The translations under genes and the position numbers were made by a program. From IMG/VR virus record IMGVR_UViG_3300010339_000008, positions 1 to 34,067 of that record: DNA of 34,067 nucleotides; one strand, given 5' to 3'. The DNA is from a virus. Shown here one piece after another: positions 33,669 to 34,067 of the stretch; position 1 is the stretch's first letter; each line of letters begins with the position of its first letter. The notes beneath the pieces were generated by a model. It was not told the origin of the DNA, made no database searches, and was given only the letters and a program-made list of their open reading frames with translations.

Positions 33669-33743
33669 TGGTTGGCGGAGTGGGAGTCGAACCCACGGCC
33701 TGACGCTTATCGAGCGTCTGCTCTGCCACTGAGCTACCCGCCA
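33669..33743 (-). tRNA. tRNA-Ile(GAU)-like with U32-C33, CCA encoded
   Basis: 75 nt; acceptor UGGCGGG/UCCGCCA; D arm GCUC-AGUGGCA-GAGC; anticodon stem GACGC/GCGUC with loop UCGAUAA (C at position 33); T arm GUGGG-UUCGACU-CCCAC. Confidence 0.7.
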
Positions 33744-34067
33744 AAATCCCGTCTCGACGGCCCTTCTCCAACGCCTTCTCTACGGCCTGTCGGAAATTCT
33801 CTTGCGCCTGTTCCGTTGCGCTGCCCAGTAAGAACTCCGGGGCGACCACCATTCCCAAAACCGTTTCCTCGTAGCTCCGGGCGGTCGGCACATCGCCGCA
33901 ATCCCTGACGATGTGGACAATCGCAGCCTTCGCGCCCTCTTCTCCGAACTTCTCTTTCGCGTCCCGCACGCCCCGCCAATGGTGCCTGTACGGCCGATGC
34001 CGGGGGCCGAACTGGCGAAACAACTCATCGATCCATCGGTTAACGCTCTCGTGCCGTTCTCCAAGAA
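33744..34067 (-). CDS. hypothetical protein, partial (N-terminus beyond right edge; 3' end unresolved)
   Basis: Protein-like frame (…IVHIVRDCGDVPTARSYEETVLGMVVAPEF…) open to the window edge; the same frame continues without a stop through the tRNA at 33669..33743 to 33610, so the true stop position is ambiguous. Confidence 0.4.

Overview
This 34-kb window is GC-rich (about 58-60% by eye) and almost every gene lies on the minus strand. Genes are tightly packed, many with ATGA/GTGA/TAATG stop-start overlaps. The content reads as part of a large contractile-tailed phage or prophage. From the left: a tail module with a 1222-aa sheath-like protein (conserved N-terminal PGVY motif), a small tube-like protein and a Pro/Ala-repeat protein, interrupted by an antisense type-II tRNA-Leu(CAA). 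Then come an FmdB zinc-ribbon protein and large structural hypotheticals, followed by three free-standing homing endonucleases (two GIY-YIG, one HNH) in visibly AT-richer DNA around an 868-aa protein with a C-terminal GNAT domain. Next is a chain of translationally coupled Cys-rich micro-genes. After that sits a phage-type NAD+ salvage pair: Nampt/NadV plus a NadM-like NMN adenylyltransferase fused to a Nudix domain. A UvrD-family helicase follows, split at motif II by a ~280-aa intein, and then a PP2C Ser/Thr phosphatase. The stand-out feature is a stand-alone 816-aa major-vault-protein (MVP) homologue flanked by terminators. Beyond it are a secreted low-complexity protein with an OmpA-like C-terminus and a seven-tRNA island. 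That island holds two Gln(UUG) copies (one with an expanded variable region), three Thr isoacceptors and two Ile(GAU)-like genes, two of the seven carrying C33. No CRISPR arrays or rRNA were seen. Nearly all long plus-strand ORFs in the track are antisense shadows of minus-strand genes. All domain calls come from motif recognition by eye and need HMM or structural confirmation.
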